Positions 19,467-28,859 of a stretch of DNA of 48,018 nucleotides are shown piece by piece; position 1 is the stretch's first letter; the number at the start of each line of letters is the position of its first letter. Position numbers and translations under genes: made by a program. The notes beneath the pieces were generated by a model. The model did not search any database and was not told the origin of the DNA. It saw only the letters and a program-made list of their open reading frames with translations. The stretch comes from Desulfobacterales bacterium (lineage in GTDB: Bacteria > Desulfobacterota > Desulfobacteria > Desulfobacterales > C00003060): the NCBI GenBank assembly GCA_032126655.1, contig JAQBAU010000263.1:1-48018 (forward strand), read 5' to 3'.

Positions 19467-20648
19467 TCAGAAGCGGTTGGTAATCCTGCGCGGACGGAGT
19501 TCCTCGGGAACCTGTCTCAAGAAGTATTGGTCAGTCATGCCGGCAATGAAGTCTCGAACGATCTCAGGGGCCTCGGTGTTGGTGATATATTGCTCAGACA
19601 TGTCACGGAGATATTCCTTAAAGATAATGGAGGCTTCCTTTCCTTCCTCCAGATCTTCAAGATAACGTTCAAATAGAACATAAAATAGTTGCCTTATCTT
19701 GTCGGAATCAGGTTTTATTTTCTTATTAAGATAAATGTTGGTTAAATTGAAGTCCTTGAGGCGCTTGAGGGCATCTGATGTGGCAGGGGTGAAGGCGATC
19801 GCCGGTCTTTCGTAGCTATTTCGAATCAGGTCGGTTACCAGGTTGTATACTATAGTCCCATTGGTGTTTCCCAGTTGTTGGACACATGCGCTGGGCAGCT
19901 GATCCCGCTGGATGAGATTGAGGCGTATGGCATCTTCAATGTCGCGACCAACATAGCTGATGGTGTCAGCCATCCGCATCACACACCCTTCGAGGGTCAT
20001 AGGCGTCAACGGAATCGAAGGATCCCGGTCTTTACAGGCCATTTCTTCATCGAACGTGTCAAAGGTCTTGTCGCGCTTTGGGGAGAGCTCTGAAACGTGA
20101 ATCTCGCCGTCGTGACACATGATTCCATCCAATGTCTGAAGGGTTAGATTCAACCCCCTACCCTTTCGTTCGATTTTATCCATAGAACGGACGCTTTGAA
20201 GATTGTGCTGGAACGGTGTGATGCCGTGTGCCTCACAAAGTTCAGAGAGATACGTTTCGCCGTCATGACCGAAGGGGCAGTGGCCCAGATCGTGACCGAG
20301 GGCAATTGCTTCGATGAGGTCTTCATTCAGGCCGAGGAAACGGCCGATCGTACGAGAGATCTTAGAAACCAGTTGGACGTGAAGAACCCGGTGGGTAATG
20401 TGGTCATTGTCTACGAGGTAAAAGACCTGCGTCTTATCAATATAGCGGGTGTACGAAAGTGAATGAAGGATGCGATCTGAATCCACGGCGTAGTTCTGCC
20501 TGTGCCCCGCATCGATGCGTTTCTCAGCAAAACGGCGGACAGCATCCTTGCTGTGAGCAGCCAGGGGAGAAAAGAAGCGCTCTTCCAGCTCGTTCAAAGA
20601 CTCTCGAATTTTCTGCAGGTCAACTGAATCAGATCTGTCCATTCTCAA
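19467..20648 (-). CDS. HD-domain phosphohydrolase, dGTP triphosphohydrolase-like
   Basis: HRVLHVQLVS...ALGHDLGHCPFGHDGE metal-binding signature and a C-terminal DFIAGMTDQY motif typical of Dgt-like proteins. Confidence 0.85.
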   Translation of the reverse strand: MRMDRSDSVDLQKIRESLNELEERFFSPLAAHSKDAVRRFAEKRIDAGHRQNYAVDSDRILHSLSYTRYIDKTQVFYLVDNDHITHRVLHVQLVSKISRTIGRFLGLNEDLIEAIALGHDLGHCPFGHDGETYLSELCEAHGITPFQHNLQSVRSMDKIERKGRGLNLTLQTLDGIMCHDGEIHVSELSPKRDKTFDTFDEEMACKDRDPSIPLTPMTLEGCVMRMADTISYVGRDIEDAIRLNLIQRDQLPSACVQQLGNTNGTIVYNLVTDLIRNSYERPAIAFTPATSDALKRLKDFNLTNIYLNKKIKPDSDKIRQLFYVLFERYLEDLEEGKEASIIFKEYLRDMSEQYITNTEAPEIVRDFIAGMTDQYFLRQVPEELRPRRITNRF

Positions 20649-21438
20649 TCAAGTCATCCATGAGCTTGTAGTAGTCAATTCCTGCCCGCCTGAGTCCTTC
20701 TCTGCCAAACTTCATGTTTGCCTCGAGGACCCAGTAACGACCATTGGAAAAACAGACGTCGAGTCCCACGTCGTCCAGCTGGCAAAGCCGAGCCGTGTTC
20801 TTGGCAACGTCGAGGCCTTCTTCGGGAATGTCGTCAAAGCTTATTGTTGCACCCTGCGAGACATTGCTGCGAAACTCACCTGACGGCGCGATACGCCAGT
20901 AGGCGAGGATGATCTGGCCTCGAATCAACACCACGCGAAGATCTCGGTCGATCTCAAGATATTCCTGTATGTATGCTGGACGGCCGAGTTGGTTGTATTC
21001 CTCAAGATCGGCTTCATTGCGAATCAGGTATATCCCCCGGCCGAGCGCTGACCCGCGACCAATTTTTGCTACAAAGGGAAATTCAAAGTGGTCCAGTATC
21101 TTTGTCTTTTGATGGTTACCATAGAAAACCCTTGTTTTTGGGTGCGGAATCTTGAGGAGGTTGAAAAGGGCAGTCTGCTTAATCTTGTCCATCGTGTATT
21201 TATAGGTATGATAGTTAGGAAAAGTCCGCTTGCCCATGGTGTCAAAGATGTCAGCATAAAAAGCTGTGGGATACAGAATGACATCAGACTCCCGAATCAG
21301 TTCTCTTTGCCAATCCTCATAGTCAGACAGATTTGTGCGGACACCGAGCGTGAGTACATTCTTGCAGTGTCGCAGCCTTCTCTCTAGGGCTATCTTGGGT
21401 TTAGTTATCATAGTCAGGATGATGTGCTCATTAGTCAA
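20629..21438 (-). CDS. ATP-grasp (RimK-like) ligase family protein
   Basis: 269 aa. [36 protein letters not shown] and VLEANMKFG fit the ATP-grasp fold. Overlaps both neighbours. Confidence 0.7.
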   Translation of the reverse strand: MTNEHIILTMITKPKIALERRLRHCKNVLTLGVRTNLSDYEDWQRELIRESDVILYPTAFYADIFDTMGKRTFPNYHTYKYTMDKIKQTALFNLLKIPHPKTRVFYGNHQKTKILDHFEFPFVAKIGRGSALGRGIYLIRNEADLEEYNQLGRPAYIQEYLEIDRDLRVVLIRGQIILAYWRIAPSGEFRSNVSQGATISFDDIPEEGLDVAKNTARLCQLDDVGLDVCFSNGRYWVLEANMKFGREGLRRAGIDYYKLMDDLIENGQI

Positions 21439-22111
21439 AGAATCTGAATCTTATGATATGGAAAAGCGCTGCTAAACCGTCTCTCCAGGTGATCTTTTTC
21501 CCTTCATCATAATTTCTGCCACTGTAGGATATCGAGACTTCATAGATGCGGCATCTTTGTCGGGCGAACTTTGCGGTGATCTCCGGCTCGAATCCGAACC
21601 GATTCGACTTGATTGTGATCTTTTCGAGGAGGCTGGAACGAAAGACCTTGTAGCAGGTCTCCATGTCAGAGAGATTTATGTTCGTGAGCATATTGGACAA
21701 AAGCGTCAAGAATCTATTCCCGACATAGTGCCAGAAAAAGAGGACGCGCTGCGGCCCGCCAGTAAATCTGGACCCATACACCACATCCGCACGGCCATCG
21801 AGAATAGGCTCAATGAGACGACCGTATTCGCCTGGGTCGTATTCCAAATCTGCATCCTGAATGATAATGATGTCGCCAGATACCTGCCCAAAACCGGTTC
21901 TGACAGCGGCTCCTTTGCCTCTATTCTGTTCATGAAACAGGACAGTCGTGTTCTCGTCGGATATCTGACGCAACCGCTCAGTGCTCCCGTCAGTGGATGC
22001 GTCATCAACGACAATGATCTCTTTGTCATAGGGTACTGACTGTACCCGTTTCAGGATTTCATTGAGGGTGGCCATTTCATTGTAGACGGGAATAACAATA
22101 GATAGCTTCAT
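21431..22111 (-). CDS. Family 2 glycosyltransferase (soluble, DPM1-like)
   Basis: [20 protein letters not shown] and [12 protein letters not shown] motifs. 226 aa. Confidence 0.85.
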   Translation of the reverse strand: MKLSIVIPVYNEMATLNEILKRVQSVPYDKEIIVVDDASTDGSTERLRQISDENTTVLFHEQNRGKGAAVRTGFGQVSGDIIIIQDADLEYDPGEYGRLIEPILDGRADVVYGSRFTGGPQRVLFFWHYVGNRFLTLLSNMLTNINLSDMETCYKVFRSSLLEKITIKSNRFGFEPEITAKFARQRCRIYEVSISYSGRNYDEGKKITWRDGLAALFHIIRFRFFD

Positions 22112-22131
22112 GATTGCTCTTTCTCTTCCGG

Positions 22132-22161
22132 TTGACTGTTACTAAATCGCACCACTATAAT
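22132..22161 (+). promoter_or_regulatory. Near-consensus sigma70 promoter pointing antisense into the Mut7-C gene
   Basis: TTGACT (22132-22137), 18-nt spacer, TATAAT (22156-22161), on the plus strand. All flanking genes are on the minus strand. Confidence 0.35.
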
Positions 22162-22182
22162 GATAGACAGCACTGATGTGTT

Positions 22183-22662
22183 TTACTCCTCCAAGAGGCG
22201 CTGTATCTCCAAGCGACTTCGTTCTATATGACTCCCCTCCCAATACACCTTTCCGCAAGCTTTGCATTCGGAGAAGCTGTTGTGTCGAGTCCATATGTGG
22301 TCTGGAACTCTCTCAACCACGTCTTGGGGCTCCGCTGGGTCAAGAAGCCCGTTGCATGCTGTGCAACGACTGAAGAACTTGTCCGGATCAGGTTCTAGGC
22401 CGAGAAGACGAACAACGCTCCGGACCTGCACCTTGGGATCGTTTGCCTCCACAAATATCAGCCCGCCTGGAGCCGCTTTGCCCACAAGCCTGGTATTGCG
22501 TGAGAGAAGAATTCGACCTTCGTTTGCGAGCCCAAGGAACTCGTCGGTGGCAAGGCTTCGGGAATAGAGCGTATCGTAGCCGAGAATACGAAGCCACTTC
22601 GCCAGCTTTCCAAGCATTCGATCAGCAGCAAACCTCATGGCATAAAAGAACTTCGTTATCAA
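22183..22662 (-). CDS. Mut7-C RNase domain (DUF82) protein with C-terminal zinc ribbon
   Basis: FAADRMLGKLAKWLRILGYDT N-terminus and CTACNG...CKACGKVYWEGSH zinc ribbon. 159 aa. Confidence 0.8.
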   Translation of the reverse strand: MITKFFYAMRFAADRMLGKLAKWLRILGYDTLYSRSLATDEFLGLANEGRILLSRNTRLVGKAAPGGLIFVEANDPKVQVRSVVRLLGLEPDPDKFFSRCTACNGLLDPAEPQDVVERVPDHIWTRHNSFSECKACGKVYWEGSHIERSRLEIQRLLEE

Positions 22663-22670
22663 GAGGTAGC

Positions 22671-23465
22671 TCAGGAATTGAGATCAGTCACCTCTTCTCC
22701 AGAAACGTCCAGATTGTAGGCCCCGTCAGGGATCGAAACATTTGTCCAGAACCTTTGCACCATGATTGACCAGAGCGGTCCATCAGGATCTGAAATTTCG
22801 ATTCTGTGCGGAAGGAGAAAGGATTCCACCTGATGAAACTCGCTGAATGCGACCCTGTATTGAAGTTGACCCCATCCGTCGAATACCTCGATTTGCTCCA
22901 CGGTTGTTTCATCGTCCTTCAGCCAAATCTTCTCAACGAGGCGCCCCCATGTTTTGTAGAGGCTTATCAGCCAACCCCCTTCTTCTGTTGAAGCCCGAAT
23001 CTTGGCTCGATGAAACGGAAGGATCGGAGGCTGTCCAGACAAGAGCGTAAAGAGATCTTCGGGCCTAACAGGCATGGATACGAAACGTGACAGGTTGCGA
23101 GCATTGGCATCACCTTTGACATAGCGGTTATCTTGACGGGAATAAAGGGAGAAAGCCACCTCATTCACAACCAGGGTGAGGGTGGGCTGACCCCATGGTC
23201 CCAATGTTTCCACTCGGAGATTCTGCGGTTGAGACCCGATCCAAACTGCACGGAAGGACTTAACGCCGGTTCCGCGAAGGGCCTTTAACCTTCCCGTTCC
23301 TCTAAAACTCTTGAGTTCACTATTGTGCTCTTCCAAGGACGACAGAATATGACTGGCGTCAGGTATTGGTTGGGTTGGGAGGGTTTTCGGTCTGGGAACA
23401 CATGCGCAGAAAGATAGTAGAGAAAGGAAGGTCGCAAGCGTAACTAGCGGGTAACTAGAAGCCAT
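22671..23465 (-). CDS. LolB-like / DUF4292 outer-membrane lipoprotein
   Basis: Signal peptide ending in a Cys-containing box (LLSFCAC). The body resembles DUF4292/LolB-type proteins. Located downstream of a TPR lipoprotein. Confidence 0.65.
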   Translation of the reverse strand: MASSYPLVTLATFLSLLSFCACVPRPKTLPTQPIPDASHILSSLEEHNSELKSFRGTGRLKALRGTGVKSFRAVWIGSQPQNLRVETLGPWGQPTLTLVVNEVAFSLYSRQDNRYVKGDANARNLSRFVSMPVRPEDLFTLLSGQPPILPFHRAKIRASTEEGGWLISLYKTWGRLVEKIWLKDDETTVEQIEVFDGWGQLQYRVAFSEFHQVESFLLPHRIEISDPDGPLWSIMVQRFWTNVSIPDGAYNLDVSGEEVTDLNS

Positions 23466-23622
23466 TTCAAAGCCTCAGATCGCCGTTGGCGGGATGGTCC
23501 TAAGTACAGAGCGAAGCGAGTACTTAGGGGCGCCATTAGGCGCTTGGGTTTATGTTTTGCACAGCAAAACAACAGGCTCTCAACACAGCCATCGGGCGTT
23601 AGATGGGGTTTTGAAATGGCTT

Positions 23623-25344
23623 CTACGCATCCTCGCCCAACTGCTTTTCGACGGATTGAATCTTCTGTTCAAGAACCTCTGTATCTGTGTCTTCTCCCTT
23701 AATCTTGAGTGCCTCTTTGTAATGTTTCAGCCCCTTCTCGGGATTGTTTGCCTTAACATAAGCATCCCCCAGGTGCTCTATAATGGTGGGATCATCGGGA
23801 GCCAGTTTAGTCGCTTCTTCGAGGAACTTGATAGCCTCCAGATATAGGCCTTTCTTGTAATAGACCCATCCAAGGCTATCAGTAATGTAACCATCGTTTG
23901 GTTGATGCTGCATAGCCCGCTTGATCAGGCCCTCAGCCTCGTCAAGATTTGTACCCTGCTCTGCATAGGTGTAGCCAAGATAGTTCAGAGCCTGCGCATT
24001 GCTCGGCTCTAATTCAATGACTGCCTTCATCTCTTTAACACAGGCGTCCTTATTGCCGGTCTTGTCATAAACCACACCGAGCCGAAAACGAAGCCCTGCA
24101 CTGTCCGGTTTAACTTCTAAGCCGTTCTTGAGAGTAGCCAATGCTTCGTCATATGACTCCATCTCCTCATACAGGGCTCCCAGGAACAAATAGAGCTCGG
24201 GATCATTGGGGGCCTGGCCAACTGCTTCCTTCATCACTCGGATTGCTTTTTCTGTTTCACCCGCTTCGTTGTACAGAAAACCCAAGTGCACAACAGCGCT
24301 TCGCTGATAAGACGACGTTTCAGGAATTCCCTCAAAAGACGATATTGCCTTGTCAGTCTCGTTTAATCCCTCGAAAGCCATCCCTAAGAAATAGAGGAGC
24401 TCAGGATTGTCAACATCGTTTTTCAGAAGTAGCTGGAAGGTAGTCGACGCCTCCTCATACCTCTTCTCGTCGAGGTATATGAGGGCAATCTGTTTGATAA
24501 TGTGAGGGTTTGCCTTGCTGCGAAGCTTTAGCTCCTCGAATGTTCGTTCGGCTTCCTCGGTTTTTCCCAATTTAAGGTAAGAACGGCCAAGCCCAACTGC
24601 TGCTCTGAGATTTTCTGGATTACTATCCAAAATGTCCTTATACGTTTGAATGACTTTCTTGTGTTTGCCAGTTGCCTCGTAGACATTAATAAGTTCGAAA
24701 AAAGTCCGTTCGTATTCAGGGTTCAGTTCAATCGCTTTCATTAAAGAGGCTTCTGCTTGGTCGTAGCGCTTCAATGATGCATTGAGTGTTCCGAGATAGA
24801 AATGTCCAGCAAATGAAGAAGGATTGGTCTGGATCAGGCTTTGGTAAAGCTTCGTAGCTTCGTCTGGCCGTTTGTTCTTGACATACTCCGAGCCCAAGAG
24901 AAAGTGAATGTTCTCGGACTTCGGATCAAGTGCGAGCGCTTTCTCGTAGAGTTGGATTGCATCTGTGGGCTGATTCAGTACGGAGTAAATCCCTCCAAGA
25001 ATCACTAAGGAAGAGACATCTTCGGGGTGCTTCTCGACGATATCGAGTGCAACGCCCAAGGCTGCATTGAAGTCTTTCTGATGAAGATAAAGCCGCACCA
25101 GTTCGTTCTTCAGAAACATGGAGCCCTCATCCTTTACCACAGCCTCTTTCAGCGAACCTGTGGCCTCGTCAAGCTGCCCGTGTCTTCTCATTAGCCGAGA
25201 CTCGGTGTAGTAATAGTATCCCCCAGGATCTTTGATCGGGCCTTCAGGCGACTCCGCCGACACAGGTGCCCTCTGTTGAGGCACGGTACAGGCAGCCAGG
25301 AACAATGTCACGGTAATGGATATGAGTAACTTGATGACCATCAT
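23623..25344 (-). CDS. TPR-repeat lipoprotein
   Basis: More than 10 TPR units. Probable start is the ATG at 25344 (MMVIKLL...FLAAC lipobox) with GGGGAG upstream. The longer ORF, running to 25437, would overlap rpoH. Confidence 0.8.
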   Translation of the reverse strand: MMVIKLLISITVTLFLAACTVPQQRAPVSAESPEGPIKDPGGYYYYTESRLMRRHGQLDEATGSLKEAVVKDEGSMFLKNELVRLYLHQKDFNAALGVALDIVEKHPEDVSSLVILGGIYSVLNQPTDAIQLYEKALALDPKSENIHFLLGSEYVKNKRPDEATKLYQSLIQTNPSSFAGHFYLGTLNASLKRYDQAEASLMKAIELNPEYERTFFELINVYEATGKHKKVIQTYKDILDSNPENLRAAVGLGRSYLKLGKTEEAERTFEELKLRSKANPHIIKQIALIYLDEKRYEEASTTFQLLLKNDVDNPELLYFLGMAFEGLNETDKAISSFEGIPETSSYQRSAVVHLGFLYNEAGETEKAIRVMKEAVGQAPNDPELYLFLGALYEEMESYDEALATLKNGLEVKPDSAGLRFRLGVVYDKTGNKDACVKEMKAVIELEPSNAQALNYLGYTYAEQGTNLDEAEGLIKRAMQHQPNDGYITDSLGWVYYKKGLYLEAIKFLEEATKLAPDDPTIIEHLGDAYVKANNPEKGLKHYKEALKIKGEDTDTEVLEQKIQSVEKQLGEDA

Positions 25345-25393
25345 ATGAGAATAGTTTCTCCCCTCAGCGTAGAAGTCGAACCTGTGTACTTCG

Positions 25394-26383
25394 CTAATCC
25401 AGGTGTCCGAGGAATGATTCAAAATCCGGAATCTCACGTTGGAAATGTGCTTTGATCTTCTTTATCATCCCATTTTCAATCTGGCGAACGCGTTCTCTTG
25501 TAATGTCGTAGCGCTCGCCAATCTCTTGAAGAGTTGACGGGCTGTCAGAAAAGACGCGGTTTTCAAGGATATAGATTTCCCGCTCACTCAAGTCCTTCCT
25601 CAATGAAGCAAGCTTTTCGTGAATGATGGCCTCCATCTGCTTCTTGCCTACCTGTGCCTCTGCAGATGGTGCCTGGGTGGGGACAAAATCGATTCTCTCG
25701 TCGTCTGACCCTTCCTTGATAGGGGCATCGAGTGATACCTCCCATCTATCTAACCGCTGATCCATCTCTGTGACCTCTCGTTCGGAGACTCCCAGCCTTT
25801 CCGAAAGGAGTTTTGGCTTGGGATCAAACCCCTCAGAGGCCAGCTTCTGTTTTTCTTTTTTCAGCCTGAAGAAAAGTTTTCGCTGGGCTTGGGTCGTTCC
25901 GATCTTGACAAGTCGCCAATTGTCCATAATGAATTTCAGGATGTAGGCCTTGATCCAAAAAGAGGCGTAATAGGAGAACTTCACCCCTTTGTACGGATCG
26001 AACTTCTGGACGGCTTGCATGAGGCCGATATTCCCCTCCTGGATCAAGTCAAGCAGATTTTGCATCCACACCCGCTGGAAGTCTATGGCGATCTTTACCA
26101 CCAGTCTAAGGTTTGAAGTAACAAGCCTGTAGGCGGCATCCCGATCCCCCTGCTCTCTTACCCTGATGCCCAGTTCTATTTCTTCTTCTCTTGAAAGGAG
26201 TCCGTACTGACCCAGATCCTGAAGGTATTTCTGGAGGGGGTCGTACTTGACAAGAGCGGACTTCGCCGGAGTCTGGAGGCTCTTAACTTCCGAATCGTCC
26301 TTGTTTCGAGCCTCTTTTCTGGGTTTGCCGGGGGCGGCTTTTGGCCGTACCGGTTTCTTCTTATTCTTCTTTGTCTTCTTCAC
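25394..26383 (-). CDS. rpoH: RNA polymerase sigma-32-like factor
   Basis: Regions 2-4 of the sigma70 family plus the RpoH box (TQAQRKLFFRLKKE). Has an unusual Lys/Pro-rich N-terminal extension of about 45 aa. Confidence 0.85.
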   Translation of the reverse strand: MKKTKKNKKKPVRPKAAPGKPRKEARNKDDSEVKSLQTPAKSALVKYDPLQKYLQDLGQYGLLSREEEIELGIRVREQGDRDAAYRLVTSNLRLVVKIAIDFQRVWMQNLLDLIQEGNIGLMQAVQKFDPYKGVKFSYYASFWIKAYILKFIMDNWRLVKIGTTQAQRKLFFRLKKEKQKLASEGFDPKPKLLSERLGVSEREVTEMDQRLDRWEVSLDAPIKEGSDDERIDFVPTQAPSAEAQVGKKQMEAIIHEKLASLRKDLSEREIYILENRVFSDSPSTLQEIGERYDITRERVRQIENGMIKKIKAHFQREIPDFESFLGHLD

Positions 26384-26575
26384 TGGATTGGAAACTCACA
26401 CCAGTACCCATCACTATGAGACTGATTCATGGATGGGCACCACTTAGGTTGTTGTTTTTGCAGTAGGATATCAGATACCTACGCTATTATCAAGACGTAA
26501 ACAGGTTTATATGTACAAGCAGGGGTCACTGTACGAGGCTTGGCGGAAAGCCCCTGACAGAGTGCTGAAAACGGC

Positions 26576-26604
26576 TTGTCTGAAAGCTGAGATTGGTGTA
26601 AAGT
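26576..26604 (+). promoter_or_regulatory. Promoter candidate for tRNA-Arg
   Basis: TTGTCT (26576-26581), 17-nt spacer, TAAAGT (26599-26604), about 25 nt before the tRNA. Confidence 0.35.
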
Positions 26605-26628
26605 CGTTTCACGTTCCTGACTGAATGT

Positions 26629-26705
<77 letters not shown>

Positions 26706-26743
26706 AATGATTTCGCCCACTTACGCAACACAAGCCCCCTGCC

Positions 26744-26953
26744 CTATTTCCACTTTATTTTCGTTATTCTAGCGATTGCCCATACTGTCAGCCTCACTAA
26801 ATAGACCAAGGCAATAGGAGATAAGATGACATAGACACTCAATGGCAAGGATTCTCGAGGGCGGACGCCAACTGATAACAGGACAACAGCAGTCAGGACG
26901 CTCAGAATGAGGGCCGCCATCAACCACAGCCACTCTTTAGTTACATCGTTCAT
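26744..26953 (-). CDS. Small two-TM membrane protein (69 aa)
   Basis: ATG at 26953 preceded by GGGAG at a good distance. Two hydrophobic helices. No family recognised. Confidence 0.45.
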   Translation of the reverse strand: MNDVTKEWLWLMAALILSVLTAVVLLSVGVRPRESLPLSVYVILSPIALVYLVRLTVWAIARITKIKWK

Positions 26954-27741
26954 TACCAACTCCCATCGACCCTATTTTCCCCACTTTCGTGCGATCCGTG
27001 AATCCCCTTGAACGTTTGCTATCTCGATGCAGGGGACCTATCCAATAGCACAGAATCTGGATAATTTGGCACTTTATGGTTGCATTTTAATCCATTTCCT
27101 ATTCAATGAACAGGAAATTACTGTCCCGCCCTGCAGGATGGCAGGCTCTTCTCCGCATTCCCGGAGATCTTTGGGGGAATTCTGGGTCGGCGGGAAATCT
27201 CTCGCCGCACGACAAGAAGAAGCTCGGGTAGAGCTGATGGCACCGATTTCGGATTCCCCATTTGATCTTCATACTCCAAGTCCACAGTCACTGACAACTT
27301 CCTGTGCGGCCTTCTTGACTTCCCTGCCTATATGCTTATTCTTATACATAGGATTGGCCGTTGAGCCATCTGAAACGCGGTCATAATCCTACCTCCCAAC
27401 CCCCGGGGACTTGGAAATGTGGAATGGCATAGGGTCTCTCCCTTATCTATGTGTTCCCCGGTTCCCGGGGGTTATTTTTGCAGAAGTATGCCTGCCGGGT
27501 GGGCCCGCCCAAAATGGAGAAAATGGCAGATATCAAAGTTTGTGCATACATTGCTATTTCTCTGATCTATAACCCCGTTCAAGACCAGATGCGGTCTTGA
27601 GCCTGGACGTGCTTTCAAATCCTGGCTCCACTTTTGAGGTTGACTTTTCTTGAAAAAACCCAAAAAATGACATGATTTTCCATGTATTTTCACAGCGCCC
27701 TTTGGACCAAGAGAGGCACATGATAAGAGAAATGAGGGCTG

Positions 27742-28068
27742 TTGCGTCATACATGGTTGTACCAGGCTTTGCCTGGTCATCATGCTGTTTCAGCGCTGCT
27801 GCTTGCCACTTTAGGATTTCTGATGGGAATGCCCTTCCCCATCGGCATACGCTTGGCAGATGGTACTGATACGAAGCTGGTTCCTTGGTCCTGGGCCGTC
27901 AATGGCTGCCTGTCTGTTGTAAGCTCAGTATTAAGCGTCATCATAGCCCTGGGCTTTGGGTTTTCTGTGGTGCTGAGATGTGCTGCAGTTTTGTACCTTT
28001 TGGCTATGCTATCCATGCAACGAGGACCCCGTCTGTTTTCGGTTCGAGGCTCTTCAGAAGTCGTTTGA
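27742..28068 (+). pseudogene. C-terminal remnant of a polytopic membrane protein (resembles the last TM helices of fused membrane/spermidine-synthase-like proteins)
   Basis: LGFLMGMPFPIGIRL...LVPWSWAVNGCLSVVSSVLSVIIALGFGF resembles the C-terminal about 90 aa of much larger proteins. A stop lies 3 codons upstream, there is no RBS, and about 780 bp of non-coding-looking DNA precedes it. Confidence 0.45.
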
Positions 28069-28141
28069 GGCATTCTTTGCGCCTACCTTTCAGCCACCCG
28101 ATACAAAGACAAGTGCTCACTTGAAACTCGTAGCGAACAAG

Positions 28142-28816
28142 ATGAAAGTACTATTCGCAAAACCCCACATCCGTTTTCTCCTTTTGCTGCTTCTTGTGAT
28201 TGCCCTTTTGCTGCTTGGAACACTTGTGCCAATTGACAAAGAAGCGATTGACGACTTCTTGAAGGGTATTCCCCTTGCCTATTCATCTGTAGCATTTGCT
28301 TTTCTGTATGTTGTTGGAACCTTTGTTGTCTGGTACCTAAAAGACCCCCTGAAGGTAGTCGGTGCTATTGTTTTCGGCGCCTATCTGAGCACGCTGCTTA
28401 TCTACATAGCGGAGATAATCAACGCGTGCATATTTTTTCAGATAACTAACAGCCTTGGTAAGGATTATGTAGAAAAGACTCTGCGAGGAAGATTCAAGAG
28501 GTTTTACGAAAGAATTGATGAGATAAATTTGGGTTGGATTTTCTTGCTACGAGCAGTTCCGCTGATTCCTTATCGCGTTTTGGATATTAGTTTTGGTTTG
28601 AGCAAACTCCCCCTTAAGAAGTACATTCTGATCGTGATTCTGGCATCCTGGCCGAGGATATTCTGGGTGCAATTTGTCCTGGCCGGCATGAAAGGGTTTT
28701 CCATAAACAGTGCCGTCGCCTACTGCAATGAGAACAACGTTGTTTTCTTCCTGAGCCTCGCTTACTTTGTGATCACCTTAATCGTTGCGTTCAGAACCAA
28801 GAAGAAATTCGAATGA
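28142..28816 (+). CDS. TVP38/TMEM64 (DedA-related, VTT-domain) membrane protein
   Basis: Multi-TM protein with VPLIPYRVLDISFGLSKLPLKKY. The ATG at 28142 (MKVLFAKP...) is a more plausible start than the ORF opening at 27980. Confidence 0.75.
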   Translation: MKVLFAKPHIRFLLLLLLVIALLLLGTLVPIDKEAIDDFLKGIPLAYSSVAFAFLYVVGTFVVWYLKDPLKVVGAIVFGAYLSTLLIYIAEIINACIFFQITNSLGKDYVEKTLRGRFKRFYERIDEINLGWIFLLRAVPLIPYRVLDISFGLSKLPLKKYILIVILASWPRIFWVQFVLAGMKGFSINSAVAYCNENNVVFFLSLAYFVITLIVAFRTKKKFE

Positions 28817-28859
28817 TCCCCGTACCGCTTTGGACCCTAGTTGGGCACAAAGCCTATTG

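Noticed and set aside
27118-27384. Minus-strand ORF with a strong GGGAGGT RBS that also contains an in-frame TAG (18 codons, TAG, 69 codons)
   Set aside because: Neither half resembles any protein family I recognise. The region looks decayed and non-coding, and the opposite-strand ORF (27027-27386) is equally unconvincing. A second in-frame TAG here is most likely coincidence.
27027-27386. 119-aa plus-strand ORF in the post-tRNA-Arg region
   Set aside because: No RBS, no family similarity, Ser/Pro/Leu-rich composition. It lies in a stretch that otherwise looks decayed.
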